A stretch of 64,000 nucleotides of DNA from Somniosus microcephalus (lineage: Eukaryota): positions 48,360,001 to 48,424,000 of the forward strand of contig CM126226.1 in the NCBI GenBank assembly GCA_052327205.1, read 5' to 3'. This document shows, in pieces, positions 24,191 through 37,135 of this stretch (positions are counted from its first letter, which is position 1; every line of letters begins with the position of its first letter). The translations under genes and the position numbers were made by a program. The notes under the pieces are model-generated. The model saw nothing but the letters and a program-made list of their open reading frames with translations, was not told where the DNA came from and searched no databases.

Positions 24191-25954
24191 TGCATTTAAA
24201 TCTCTTATGTTTAGGTCTCCTCATTCTAGACAAATACGGCCCCGACAGCCAGAATTCTGTCCCTTACCAGCAGGCATATAACTTCAGAGTTAGCTATCAC
24301 TTGCTGGACCATGGCTACATGTGGCCTGGACAAATCTGTGAATTGCCCATCGATACTCCAATTCAACTTTACCCAACTCTTGGTGGTTCCAGGAACCACC
24401 AGAGTCCGATTCGTGAGATGTGTGCTGGTTATGGTTATCTCCCGGTTATCCCACCTAGCAAACAAAAAACAAGGAATAACCAGCTGCTAGTGAGACAAAG
24501 AAGCAGAACCAATGCCATATTTATGGTTTTTATAGAGTGAATGGAGAAACCTTGTGAACGAGGTGAGTTTTTGATCTTCTCGTCGAAAACCCAGAAGAGT
24601 CAGTGGTCAAACAAATGGAACTATCGGAGCAAGATTTTTTTTTTTATATACTGAAATCACTGCAGTTTTGACATTTTTCCTCAACTGGTACAGTAGTAGA
24701 GTCTAAGGAGCATGCAACTTGCAACTGGCTTCAAAATTGGTTAGTACAGAATCACAGGATAAAATTACAGACTAATAGTTCCTGGAATTTGTTAAATTAC
24801 AGTATTCGAATTGTACCACTAGGACCTGAACTACATCATTACAAAAGAACCAGCCCTGTTCAGCAAAACAACATCACCCAATAATCACAAAAATGGTTTA
24901 AACAGAAGAGATCTTCTGCATAGGCATGTATTACCACCAAAATAAAAATGTGAGCATGACATGCTTAAATACCATATTAGCTACACTAAAGAATAGCTTC
25001 ATTATGTTAACCCCTGGGGTATCTTAAATAGAGCAGACTTCATCCAAACCTTAAATTACAAAAAGCAATGAATAAAACCAAACAAGAGTCTTCTTGTTTG
25101 CAGCAATGTAATGTACGACATCTTATATAGCTAGATGACATCTTATCTGCGTTACGCGATTAAATATTTTCAGTCTTTTGATATTTCTGACATTTTAATG
25201 GTTTGGTAGGCTGAGCCGAAATGGACGGGAACATGACTGAACTGCAAATAGCCCTCTATGTTTCCATTTTACATTTAAAATGGCACAGAATACTGAAGAT
25301 TTAAGGTGCTAATGAATGAGAGTGTGTGCATTTTAATTACGTCAGAGACAATTCTATAAATGCAGCAAAACTACAGTGAAACAGTGAAACAGATCCTGGT
25401 GAGTCCAAGTCTAGACACACACACACTGGTCCATCATTAGAATGATACATGTATTAATTTTTCTTTGACAAAATATATTATTGTTGCTGTTGTCATTCAT
25501 TATTTGGTTTACTTCAGTGCTGACAGTTCAATCGCAAAATGGAAGTTTCTGTTGCAAGGTCAAATCAGGCAATTACTGTGGAATTTTAAACATTTTACAA
25601 TTGTATACATATATATTTTACAATGTTATAATAGTGATCCCAACCAATAGCCTAATCTTAAATTAGAAAGCAACCAATCTAAAGCAACAGTGTCCTCCTT
25701 TCCTAATGATATCTCACCACTTCCCTAACCCAAGAGGCAATCTACCTATATTAAAAGTCTACCGTATAGCACACAATTCTTCCAAGTGTCACACTCTCTT
25801 GAACACTTTTACAATTATTGATGGATTGATTTGATGGGACAAGATTCAACTTCTTCCATCACTGTAAATCAGTAGTCCTGATAGTACATTAAGCGTTACA
25901 TAGCATAATATCTCTATTGTTATAAAACAGTGTTATAACAATAATTAATTCTGC

Positions 25955-26463
25955 ACTCCATAAACTTGGTCATCCAAAAATCTGCCGCTCCTTTGCTAAC
26001 TCGCACCAAGTCCCGCTCACCCATCTCCCCTGTGCTTGCTGACCTACATTGGCTCCCAGTTAAGCAACGCCTCGATTTTAAAATTCTCATCCTTATATTC
26101 AATTCCCTCCATGGCCTCACCCCTCCTTATCTCTGTAATCTCCTCCAGCCCTATAATCCCCCTAGATCTCTGCGCTCCACTTATTCTGGACTTTCGAACA
26201 TCCCAGATTTTAAATGCTCCACCACTGGCGGTCGTGTTGCCTAGGTCCTAAGCTCTGGAATTCCCTCCCTAAACCTCTCTGCCTCTCTTTCCTCCTTTAA
26301 GACGCTCCTTAAAACCTACCCTTTTGACCAAGCTTTTGGTCATCTGCCCCAACATCTCCTTAAAAGGCTGAGTGTCGATTTTTTGTTGTTGATAATACTC
26401 CTGTGAAGCGCCTTGGCACGTTTTATTATGTTAAAGGCACTATATAAATATAAGTTGTTGTTG
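25955..26463 (+). mobile_element. L2 LINE 3' fragment
   Basis: ORF 25966-26244 ISPVLADLHWLPVKQRLDFKIL, with tail ctatataaatataagttgttgttg. Confidence 0.9.
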
Positions 26464-27519
26464 TCCCCCGGCTCACCATGAATGACGCCATGGGAGATCT
26501 GAAACTAAGATGCCAGGAACCATTTTCAAACTGTGGAGAATTAGGATACAAGATGTAGTGTGCAGTTTATAAAATTAGTCCACCTTACATTTGACAAAAT
26601 CAGTCCCCTTTGCAGTGGTGTGCAAATTCCTTTTATGGAACTTCTATTGCTCTAGAAGGCAAAAGGTGGAAGACTACTGCCCTGAGGGACAGCAGCAACC
26701 CAAAATCCACTGCATGTTTTAGTTTGTTCCTCAAAAGGGAATAGTTAGATATTCAGTATGACAGGTTAAGAGAAAACATGTGAGCCACGAAAAAAATGTC
26801 TGGTTGCAGTGGAGAGCTGCATCTGGAAATGCTGAAACTGTCTGTGACATATAATTTGTGCATTAGAAGTTGAAAATGTCAATATCCATGATTGGCTTTT
26901 TCTTTCGCAGAGTACGTATAGGCTATGTATTTTGGGCACGTTTGTCATTAGTAATTTGTAGAAACATTCCGGTGGAAGAAAGTTTCCTAAGTGACAGAAT
27001 TATTACTTACCTTGTAGGGGCTACTTCATTCTTCAAATTCCGGGTACCCCAAACGCCACTAGAGTGGGCTGGCACAGACTGTCTGGAGATCAATACAAAG
27101 ACACAACCTCCCTTTGAGGCCACGTGATTTCCCCAAGCTGTATAAGAGGGCCATGTCAATGAGGCAGGATTGTTTTTGTCAAACTAGTACCTATAAATAA
27201 GGGCCCCTGAAAAGGCCCGAGTGGTCAGCCAGCTGGCAGCGCAATGCAGGATTGATTAGTGGCTCAGTGATATCTGTTCAGTTGTCAGTCAGGTTTCAGT
27301 AACTCGTAATGGAGGACTTGTGAAATTTCTGCACTGTCCACTTAACTGCAAATAATAATGATCAAACATTGATTGTATCCTTCCAAATGTGGATTTGGTC
27401 TGAAGAAACCATTTTCCAAGCTATACAACACCAAAGTGAAGCACTGATGGTGGAATATTTTGAGCTGAAGAATTGAAAACATCACACCAGAGACATAATG
27501 GCACAACATTAAAGCGTAA

Positions 27520-27632
27520 AGAGTTCTGACGAAGGGTTTCGACCTGCAACGTTGACTCTGTTTCTCTCTCCACGGATGTTGCCTGGCCTGCTGAGTTTTT
27601 CCAGCGTCTTCTGTTGTTATTATGGTTTCAGC
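27520..27632 (+). mobile_element. Penelope-like terminus with a degenerate minimal hammerhead ribozyme
   Basis: agagtt-CTGACGA-a-gggt(ttcg)acct-GCAAC-gttg-actct; the GAAA core reads GCAA. Confidence 0.7.
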
Positions 27633-30600
27633 ACTGTTTTACAACGAGCATATTAATACCAATACACTAAGTAAGCCAAGTGACAGCACTGCAGTAGATC
27701 ATCCAGCTCTCATGCTCAGAGTTTTACTCCAAGGTGCCCTCTGGGAACGGGAAGTCTCTGAGCAGAAATGTCAAGGAGGGTTGAGAAGGAACAGCGGCTA
27801 TGGATAGGAGGATAACTATGCTGATATAAACTTGCAAATAGGGGTGTTGATGGAGTCAAAACACTCATCACCAGAAGCTGGCACTGGAGCACAGATGCAA
27901 CCAAAACACTCAAAAGCTTTCCTACCTGGACTACCTCAGAAATTGCAATGAGTGCACTGAAAGCAGACACAAAGGATGAGGCCAGAGAGCAACACCTGGA
28001 ATAAACATGCAGTAAAGATCTTATCATCCTTTTTCTACTGCAGATTTTACACTCAGAAGGGAAAACTCCAATGAAGTCGCCCAAATCCTCAAAAGTAAGA
28101 TGCCCCAAACTATAAAAGTATTAAAAGGGGCCAATAGACGATGGTAGGGTTGATGCAGAGCGAGACAAACAACAGGAAGTTCTATGAAGGTGACTAGCTG
28201 CAGCATTTGGGTGTTGTCTCTGTACCGTCTCAATATGGCCAATGCCAGATGACAACTCCCCTTTATGTTGCTTCTTCAGCACTGGCTGGTCCTGGATCAA
28301 TCCACACTCTCACGTCAGTGCAAATGAACTGAAGTAAAAGCAAACAGGAGTCAAAATGGGCTGGCGAGAAGATGAAAACAGTTCACTCCTATCCACATTA
28401 ACAGTGCTGAAGCTGGAGCATATTACTCAAGGTCAGCTAATAGCAAAAAGACTCTGGGTGGCACTAGCTGAAGTTGACCTTGTAGCCAGGAGTATCTCTA
28501 AAGCCAGTGCCATGTGGTTTAGGACCAACTTGATTGGTACAGGGCCAAAATGGTTTCTTTGTTTATACGTCTCTCTTCACTTAGGGGCCCCAAGATGCAC
28601 GTGTGATGACTCCAAAGTCTCATTCGTAACTTTCCTATTTTTGCTGTAAACCTTCACTGATCTCAGAAGATCTGTACAGCACAGTTAAAAAGCTCAGCCA
28701 GAATAAATGACCAACAATACATGTGGTTGCCCTTTGCTATTCACAGCATTTTGCCTCAAGAAGACAGAGAGCCAAACCACCTTGCGAGGTATGCACACCT
28801 CCTCTGAAGGCAGCAGCATTGTAATAGGAGTGGGATATCAGGAGGCATCTTGTCATAACAGAAGAGATTGAATAGTTTATACAATCACGTGAACCCAGGC
28901 AATTGAATCAGCTTTGAGTTTTCCACTTTTCCCAAATTCTGAGCTTTCCATTTTGTCTTGGAATTTCCATTTACCATTACTGGTAGCAATTAGTGCTTAC
29001 CACTACTGCCTTTTGCTGTGCTTCACCAGAGGTGGTGGTGGTGATGATGCTACGCCAGCACTGAAATAACAACTGAAAGGTAGCATTAATTAACAATATA
29101 TGGGTTCATTAAGTTATACCATTGTAACCACTTGCAAGGCACTTGATTTCTCAATCAATTGGCAGGTTTTCTATGTTAAAATGCGCAATATAAATGAAAG
29201 CTGTTGTAGGAAACTGAAATTTAAAAATAAGGGTTCTTCTAAACTTCATTCGGTGTGTAAAGTGGCAGCTTTCATTCTGCAACTCATTTAATTTCAGTAC
29301 AATCTACATAATCTGTCAAATTTATAGATTAGAAGTCAATGCCCGTATCAAAGAGACAATAACCTGCAGCTTCCAATTACAGTACATCTGTTCCAGTGAA
29401 AAAACTTGAAAACTGCAGACTAATAAAACCTATCTTGAGTATAAAGTGATTAGAAATGGTTCCTAAAACGGAGTGGCATCGTGCCCTTTCACCCCTGACC
29501 TTGACAGCAGTAGAAGCACTACAGATAGCCTCGATGTCCCTGAACTAAATCGGCCAGTGCCCCCACTCCTGATCCCTAGCCAGTGATCCCTGCTGAAAAG
29601 AGGTGTGTGGACATTGAGGATTGATTCAATCACGCTCAGCTGTGATGCTTCCCACAGTCAAATCAGCTGCTGATTTCCTAGGCTCAAACATTAAAAATGG
29701 GGACTTAGATTAAGGTACTGCAGGGCATCTCCTCACTCTTTCCCAGCACGAGGAAGTGGTTTCAGGAGAGGAAGAACAGAAAAAAATAAGGCGTTTCAAG
29801 AATTTTGACCTTGTTCTGACTGATGTGGATCCACAGCTCAGCACAAGTTGGTATTTACACACAGAGGAGACATAAGGGTGGGCAGTGGGAAAAGTGTAAA
29901 GTTCACACTGGTGCAGCATTCGGAGACTAGAATTAAGTGATGTTGTTCAGGCAAGAGTGCAGGGCTTTACTCTGCATCTACCGGTGTTAGATCAACTTCA
30001 CAATTTCTGACATGGACTGGCTGTCATTTAGCTGCATTAATATCGCACCCCAATGAGCACAAAATTCACCAGAATAAATTTTAAAACGTGCAACTACTAA
30101 CTTGAAACGGCAATATGTGGCTCCACAGTAACTTTAATAAGTGCTGAAACATTGCCGGGGGGGGGGGGGGGAAATGTTCATGCAGGCAATGGGTGCGTGA
30201 AAAACTTCCAGTTTCAACCAGAAACATTCAAAACATCTTTACACAATTCAGGATTAGAAATTAACATGCTCAATACAAGTAAAAAGTCCAAAACTCCAAA
30301 TTTGGCTTTCTTCCCAAAATTATTTAGCATGCCAGCAGAAAATGTGTTGAGGTAGAAGGATTTTCTGGTACACGAGAGAGAGTGCCAAGTGACAATTTAC
30401 TGCATTCCATTTTATGATTACTAGACACAACATTCCAACACTGAATTATCATTTAAGTGCTATATACACTGCAATATTTTCTGGAAATCAAAAAATTCAA
30501 TAAACTGCAAGTAATTAAGTCAATTATTAGACCTTTAGGAAGATCATCATTACACATTAACTGCATGAAGGCGATGTCATCACAATACCTATTACTGAAG

Positions 30601-30785
30601 GGGAAAGAGCGACACCAAAGTGATTTCAAGGCCATAATCTTAAATCAGGGGTTCCAGTGACAGTTAAAGATGGCTTGTTGTACTGGAAGTTTATGACATC
30701 ATCTGAACCCCTTGACAAGACTTGTAATCTTGGCATCCATTATTGTCTTTTTAAACATCACCCAGAAAATCAATCATGAAGTACT

Positions 30786-30794
30786 ACTTGCCTC
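30786..30794 (-). promoter_or_regulatory. Non-canonical GC 5' splice site (GAG|GCAAGT)
   Basis: RERE similarity stops exactly here (orthologues continue ...YRPG-DCVYIE). Reading through hits TAG two codons later. The site matches the U2 donor consensus at every position except +2. Confidence 0.75.
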
Positions 30795-31092
30795 CAGGCC
30801 TGTAGACAACATCATCCTCTGTTACAAATGAAGTTATATCTCCGGTCTCTGCTCTCTCATAACGCGATTTCTTTTTAGGTGGTTTCTTTATTTTTGACTT
30901 TTTCCCAGACTCCTCGTTAGTAGCACTGTCTTTGTCGTTGTCTTCATCTTCAGTGTGGTCACTTTCCGCATAATTCTTCGCACCTCCTTCCAAAGTGCAG
31001 CTGCGGCGCGGCCTGGAATGTTCATTCTCTCGTTTATCCCTTCTATCTCTCTCCTTGTCCCGGTCACGATCTTTCTCTTTATCTGCTGTCAT
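30792..31092 (-). CDS. RERE: First coding exon of RERE (arginine-glutamic acid dipeptide repeats protein / atrophin-2): 100 codons + 1 nt, running into the start of the BAH domain
   Basis: Translation [53 protein letters not shown]...[31 protein letters not shown] matches the recalled vertebrate RERE N-terminus. There is an in-frame upstream stop near the exon start and no upstream ATG. The exon ends in phase 1 at GGAG|GCAAGT. Confidence 0.95.
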
Positions 31093-31237
31093 GATTCGCC
31101 ACGTTCCTTCCTCTGTCCTCTCACGGCTTGGCCTCCGTGAAAGGTAGACAGTAAGCCTGGGCTTCAGTCTTCTGAATTTAATGCTCAGTTCCAGGAAAAA
31201 TCCGGCCACTCCAATAACCCCAAAATGTTAGAAACGG
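31093..31237 (-). other. RERE: 5' UTR part (145 nt) of the RERE first coding exon, with its 3' splice site
   Basis: Minus strand reads tttcttttttgctttttttccAG|ccgtttc: a strong polypyrimidine tract with AG at 31239-31238. Full exon is 31237-30792 (446 nt). Confidence 0.8.
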
Positions 31238-31911
31238 CTGGAAAAAAAGCAAAAAAGAAACAGATTACAAAATTATGTTCACAAAGCAGTATGTTCCAAA
31301 TATGTGCCTCGCCACTGTGATTTGCTGAAAGGGAGCAGAAAGGAAAGGAAAAGTTGAACAAAGGGATAGATGTGTTACCCATCATGGTGACAATGTACCT
31401 TCAAAGAGCTTTGTCAATAGAAATTCACCATTTTTCTCCCCAACCCAAGTACCAACTATGATCAAGGTGGAGATCATCCAGGTACTGTAAATTATTGAGC
31501 TGTACAAGGATACCCTAAGAGACATTTCTCCCTATTGATAAATGCATCACCTTCATTCAGTTTCACCATTGACAAAGATTAGGATCTCAGCAGAATAAAG
31601 TTGTGTTCCAACACTCATTTACAAAGTGTGCTTACACACCAATCCACAGCACCACATTCCTACAGCAATCACTGTTGCTGATCACAGCGTTGATCATTAC
31701 TGATAAAAAAAATTTACATCCTTGCCAAATTCTAACCACCGCCTAAACATGATCTGGTGGACTATTGGATTCCACTGTCACAGAATAGGTGTGGAGGAAA
31801 TAGTCATTATGTTAATCTAGCAACTGTTGATATAGGACTCCTTTTGGTTCTGTTTCAATCATGTTCAGATTTTATTACAGGCTAACAGTGCTGTGCTGTC
31901 ATGTATAGTTA

Positions 31912-32318
31912 CAGTCAGCTTGGCAGCATCCTCACCTGAGTCAGTAGGCCATGGGTTCAAGCTTCATTCCAGGACTTGAGCATGTGGCCCAAGCTGAAAC
32001 TTAGAGGGTGCGCTGCATTGTCAGAGGTGCCATCCTTCAGAAGACACGTTAAAACAAGACCCTGTGTGCTGTTTCAATGCTCCAGGTGCACATTAAAGAT
32101 CCCATGGTACTATGTGAAGAGGAGCAGGGAGTTCTTCCAGAGCACTAACCAAAACCAACACCACCAAAACTAGATTAGCTACTCATCTCATTGCTGTTTG
32201 TGGGGCATTGTAGTGCACAAAATGGCTGCCACATTCATCTGCATATTGTATGTGAAGTGTTTTTGGACTTTACCGAGAGATGCGATAAGGCAGTATATAA
32301 ATGAACATTCTTTCTTTC
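31912..32318 (+). mobile_element. Degraded Deu-SINE
   Basis: B box gggttcaag, aaagatcccatggtac core and gcagtatataaatgaac tail. Confidence 0.7.
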
Positions 32319-32321
32319 TAC

Positions 32322-32745
32322 AATAGCAAAATACTGCAGATGCTGGAAATCCAAAATAACAACAGAAATTGCTGGAAAAACTCAGCAGGTCAGGCAACAT
32401 CCGTGGAGAGAAATTTGAGTTGACGTTTCGGGTCGAAACCCTTTATCAAAACTGGAAAGAAAAGAAAATAGATCGAAGGCAGGGCTGCGATCGAACAAAA
32501 TAAGTAAAAGAGACAATAAAAGGTATTCGAAACCAGACGAGATGGTAATGGGCCAGTGGAGACAAAAGACAGCTGAGATTAGGTGTGAAGTGTACTGGCA
32601 GGATAGGAGACAGCTGCCAGGTGGGAGAGAGAAACAAAAGGAAAGGGGGGGGGAAAAGGAAGACCCAAAACAAAGGGGTGGAAAAAATTATAAGTAAAAA
32701 AGTAATATGGGCCGAGGTTATGATCTGAATTTCTAATTGTGTCGA
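32322..32745 (-). mobile_element. Penelope-like element 3' region with a degenerate hammerhead
   Basis: Minus strand: cagtt-TTGATAA-agggtttcgaccc-GAAAC-gtcaact, followed by the shared terminus. Confidence 0.65.
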
Positions 32746-33684
32746 AGAGCCTGTTCTTGTACTTCCATGAAGGAATTAACTGGATGCCTGCCACCTTGTG
32801 ACTAAACTAACAGGCTTTTTCAGGTTGAACACAGTATTCTGGTTTTATGCAAACCAGTGTTAGATGAGATCGATGGGATCCTGGACACCCTGTATTATAG
32901 CATCACTCTATATGCCTGTTGAGAACTCCACAGTTAATGAATAATGCCTCTACTGATTTAAAAAATGGTCTCATGGAGCGAAATTACTACCAATTGCCAG
33001 ATAACGTTTTCTGGAATCTAAATAAATCAAAGGCTTTTTTTTCAAAATACAGAAGAAGACTGGCAGTTGTAATATATGCAATACAATCATTAGCCCAGGG
33101 TATTTTAGTGAACTTGTTTCCCCCCCCCCTCTAGTTTTATCCACGCGCAATACCCCACCCCCGCCCCCCCCCCCCCCCCACCCCCACCCCAACCTCAATC
33201 CCGAGAAGTCTACTCCTTGCTGGGATGCAGTGCCATGGGTGATGGGCACCCTCTAGTGCCTCATCCAACTTGCTATTAAACATATGTGTGCTTTGACAAT
33301 GAAAGCCAGTGGGCTATTCAATAATTGGGGCCATCACAACTTGTTCAAGATTTTACATATTCATGAATATGTCAAGTACTTACTATTACCCGATACTACA
33401 TAATATATATATTATAATAATAAAGTCCATGAATTCAATTGTAAGGCTGTCACATGATTTGGATAATGGTCACTACATGAGTTTCAAAGATTCAAATTTA
33501 CACAGTTAAACAACATCTAACCCATTTTGCTGGAGATTTCTGAAACAGTATATGCTTTAGGGCTAATCTGTTAAGCACATCTCCAGCCATTTAGCCCAGT
33601 TTCAAAAAATATTTAAAACCAGACCAATATACAATCGGAAAAGTTTTAAGAAGCCTTTTAGTTAAAAAAATCTAGGCATAACAC

Positions 33685-34050
33685 TACAGTGCAGTGCTGA
33701 GGGAGTGCTGCACTGTCGGAGGTGCCGTCTTTCAGATGAGATGGTAAACCGAGGCCCTGTCTACCCTTTCAGGTGGATGTAAAAGATCCCACGGCACTAT
33801 TTCAAAGAAGAGCAGGGGAGTTATCCCAGGTGTCCTGGGGCCAATATTTATCCCTCAATCAACATCACTAAAACAGATTATCTGGTCATCATCACATTGC
33901 TGTTTGTGGGAGCTTGCTGTGCGCAAATTGGCGGACATGTTTCCTACATTATAACAGTGACTACACTTCAAAAAGTACTTCATTGGCTGTAAAGCGCTTT
34001 GGGACATCCGGTGGTCATGAAAGACGCTGTAGAAATGCAAGTCTTTCTTT
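33685..34050 (+). mobile_element. Deu-SINE, 5'-truncated
   Basis: Alignable by eye to 16255-16597. Confidence 0.85.
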
Positions 34051-34766
34051 TTACATTTCTACACAATCCCTACTTATGTCTGTAAACCTATTTTTCCATA
34101 TCCTGTAAAATGCTGCATTATTGCAGTCATGCTTCCGAGAGTTTAAAAAATATATACTATACATGTCCAATCACTGCACAGCCTGTTGAAAAGAACTTGG
34201 TCATACATTCAGCCTTTGAAGTAAATCAAAATAGACCAGCTGCTGCGAGTTGAGCAGAATAGGTAAATAAAAAATATACGAGAATGAACATAAATATACT
34301 TTATTAGTTAAAGATATATGGAGACACAAAAATAAATCCACCTCGACATATTCTTTACAACTTCTGGAATCATACTATCAGGTACAGGAATTACTGGTAT
34401 CACAGTTATTTGCAAAACAAAAATCTACTTACTGCGATGCAATTTTGAACACCAAGCAAGAAATGGGATTTAAATATAATTGAACGACTCTGGGATTCAG
34501 TGTAAATATTAAATAGCTGTGTGACTGGCATGCTTTGCTACATTATGTTTTTTGTAATCACATTTTGAGGCAAGTTCCATCTCTGAATATGCATGTAAGG
34601 AGTGTTGGGGTTTTTTCCTTTTGAACTGTAAATAGCATCTCTGACACCAAAACTGAAATACTATAAAAGGAACCAACTATACAAATAGAATCCAAGCAAG
34701 TGTTCATATGTTTCTGATCATTTCTTTAATTTATAATTTTCAGCAACAGAATTTATCTTTCCTTTC

Positions 34767-34850
34767 AACAACAATAACTTGTATTTATATAGCGCCTTTA
34801 ACGTAGTAAAACGCCCCAAGGCGTTTCACAGGAGCGTTATCAAACAAAAT
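34767..34850 (-). mobile_element. L2 3' tail fragment
   Basis: caacaacaataacttgtatttatatagcgcctttaacgtagtaaaacgccccaaggcg. Confidence 0.75.
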
Positions 34851-35809
34851 GTCCTCCCCAATGGTGTTTGGTAGGGAGAACGAGACAATCCAGTTGAAAA
34901 ACTCCAAGGCTGGAGCCAAAGGGAACCTTTCTGAATCGTTTCCTTCCCTCCAGCCAAGTTTATCCTCAAAGGGAATGCCAAACACAAATGGTAATCGAGA
35001 CTGAGACAGTACAGTGCTCTAGTTTTGGAACCATCGGGCCTTACAAAATGAAAACAATGTAATTATTGAACAATGTAGGTGACGGAACCTAAGTTCCAAT
35101 TCAGAAAACTAAGAGAGTTTAAGGCCCCATCGGTAAGTAAACGTGGGGACAAATTGCAATGCTGATCAATATAACATTTTAGTGATGTCCAGATCTGAGC
35201 GATTAGATGCATATTCATTTGAATCAGATTTGAAATGCCTGTGCCAAGCAGTGTTTATAGAAGTCTGATCTTTTCATTAATTTTAATGATCCACAAGGGT
35301 AGTGGAGTTTCCAGTGAATATTACTGTCTGGCAGACTACCCTCTTTACTCTGGAAAATAACTAACAAAGCAGCTGGCTGTGTCGTCAAACATAATCCAGA
35401 CCCATTTTATCTGCATCTCTCACAATCATGGTAGGTCAACCAAAATTAATCATCCTTACTTAAGTCAGTGTTACATATTTTACAACCATTTTGTCATGGG
35501 ATTACCTGGAACAAATCCTTAAGGCCTGTTAAATGACGCCACAACGAATGAAAGAAGTGTACATTTATGTTGCACTCAAATATCCCAGAATCTACTTCAG
35601 CAAGAGGAAGTACAGCTGGTAAAGGAGGGCCTGTTGCAATAAAAAGTATCAATGTAAACAGACGCCATCTCAGATTGAAGAATTTTTCAAAATTATTTTT
35701 TCGTTACTTAGCTACTTTTTTTCTTAGAATTACTGCTCCAGCAAAACATGTTCTGCTTAACCATGCCCCGCTTAACCATGCCATTTTAGACAAACCATGT
35801 GATGCAATA

Positions 35810-36585
35810 AAGAAAGACTTGCATTTCTACAGTGCCTTTCACGACCACCGGATGTCCCAAAGTGCTTTACAGCCAATTACAGGAAACTTTGGTTTATCCG
35901 GAGATTATATGTCCGGAATACTCGATCTAACGGCAAAAATCAGGAGCCGTTTTCTATATGTTTTTTTAGTTCTCGTTGCTTTTTTATTCCCAGTCAAGCA
36001 CTGCAATGTCTGTAGCTATAGCAACAGCTTCAGCTACAGACGCTTGCAGCTGCAGACTGTTTTGAAGCTGTTGCTAAGCAACAGGGTTTGTTGATTCACA
36101 CGGAGCTTCTCAGTTTCGTACGTTTAAACATTAACTCTGGTATGTCCGGCACTTTTGATGTTACGGCACCAGCTCGGTCCAGTCAGTGCCGGATAGCAGA
36201 AAGTTTCCTGTAAGTACTTTTGGAGTGCAGTCATTGTTGCAATGCAAGAAACGCGACAGCCAATTTGTGCACAGCAAGCTCCCACAAACAGCAATGTAAT
36301 AATGACCAGATAATCTGTTTTAGTGATGTTGATTAAGGGATAAATATTGGCCAGGACACCGGGGGTAACTTCCCTGCTCTTCTTCGAAATACTGCTATGG
36401 GATCTTTTACCTCCACCTGAGAGGGCTGACGGTGCCTCAGTTTAACGTCTCATCCGAAAGACGGCACCTCCAACAATTCAGCACTCCCTCAGCACTGCAC
36501 TGGGAGTGCCGGCCTAGATTTTTGAGCTCAAGTCTCTGGAGTGGGACTGGAACCCACAACCTCCTGTGCTACCAACTGAGCTACA
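35810..36585 (-). mobile_element. Full-length Deu-SINE split by MITE copy 3
   Basis: Reverse complement of the 16147 SINE; the sequence resumes in register after the MITE (gccaat[TA-MITE-TA]agtacttt). Confidence 0.85.
35880..36210. mobile_element. Tc1/mariner-type MITE, copy 3
   Basis: TA|CAGGAAACTTT ... AAAGTTTCCTG|TA, inserted within a SINE. Confidence 0.9.
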
Positions 36586-36734
36586 ACAATATACCAAGCA
36601 TGATCACATACTGAACGGCATTCTTTCCACTATTGTGGGGTGGTAAGTACTCTGGTGTATTTAATGACACATATTGAGGAAAAGGGCTGGAAAGGAAATT
36701 GATCAGGATTTCATAAAAACTGCAGGAAGCGTTT

Positions 36735-37135
36735 ATCCAGTGAATAGCTATGCCATACAGACTAGGAAGGTCCCAGGTTCAATTCCTAATCTATGCTGAA
36801 CTGGTTAATCTCAACTGGAGCAGGAAAAAGGATGTTATAATTGGCCTCTGCGCTGCTTGGTGACAATGGAAGGAGGAGACAGTGAAGAAAAGGGAAAAAA
36901 TGGGCAGGATTCCCACTCTTGCTCACTATCCATGAATCCCTCTTTGAAGTGCACAGCTGCGTCATCAAGCGAGTTGGATGCGGCTCCCCTTCAGTAGAAA
37001 AGCCTGTCAATACTAACCGTCAAGACTCGCAAATGAATAAGTAGTACCCGGGTAAGGTACTACAGAACAACTGTCACAATCGTAATTCAGTCTGCGGAAT
37101 CATACCCCAGCAGGGGCTCAACACCTTCATGAATA
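36735..37135 (+). mobile_element. Old tRNA-derived SINE-like repeat (family not named)
   Basis: B-box-like ggtcccaggttcaattcct; degraded relatives occur elsewhere in the window. Confidence 0.45.

Noticed and set aside
1-30785. Next RERE exon (expected [24 protein letters not shown])
   Set aside because: Not found by eye or in the ORF track; probably beyond the window start, though a short exon could have been missed.
35567-36094. 175-aa ORF
   Set aside because: Runs through unique DNA, an antisense SINE tail and a MITE; no recognisable domain.
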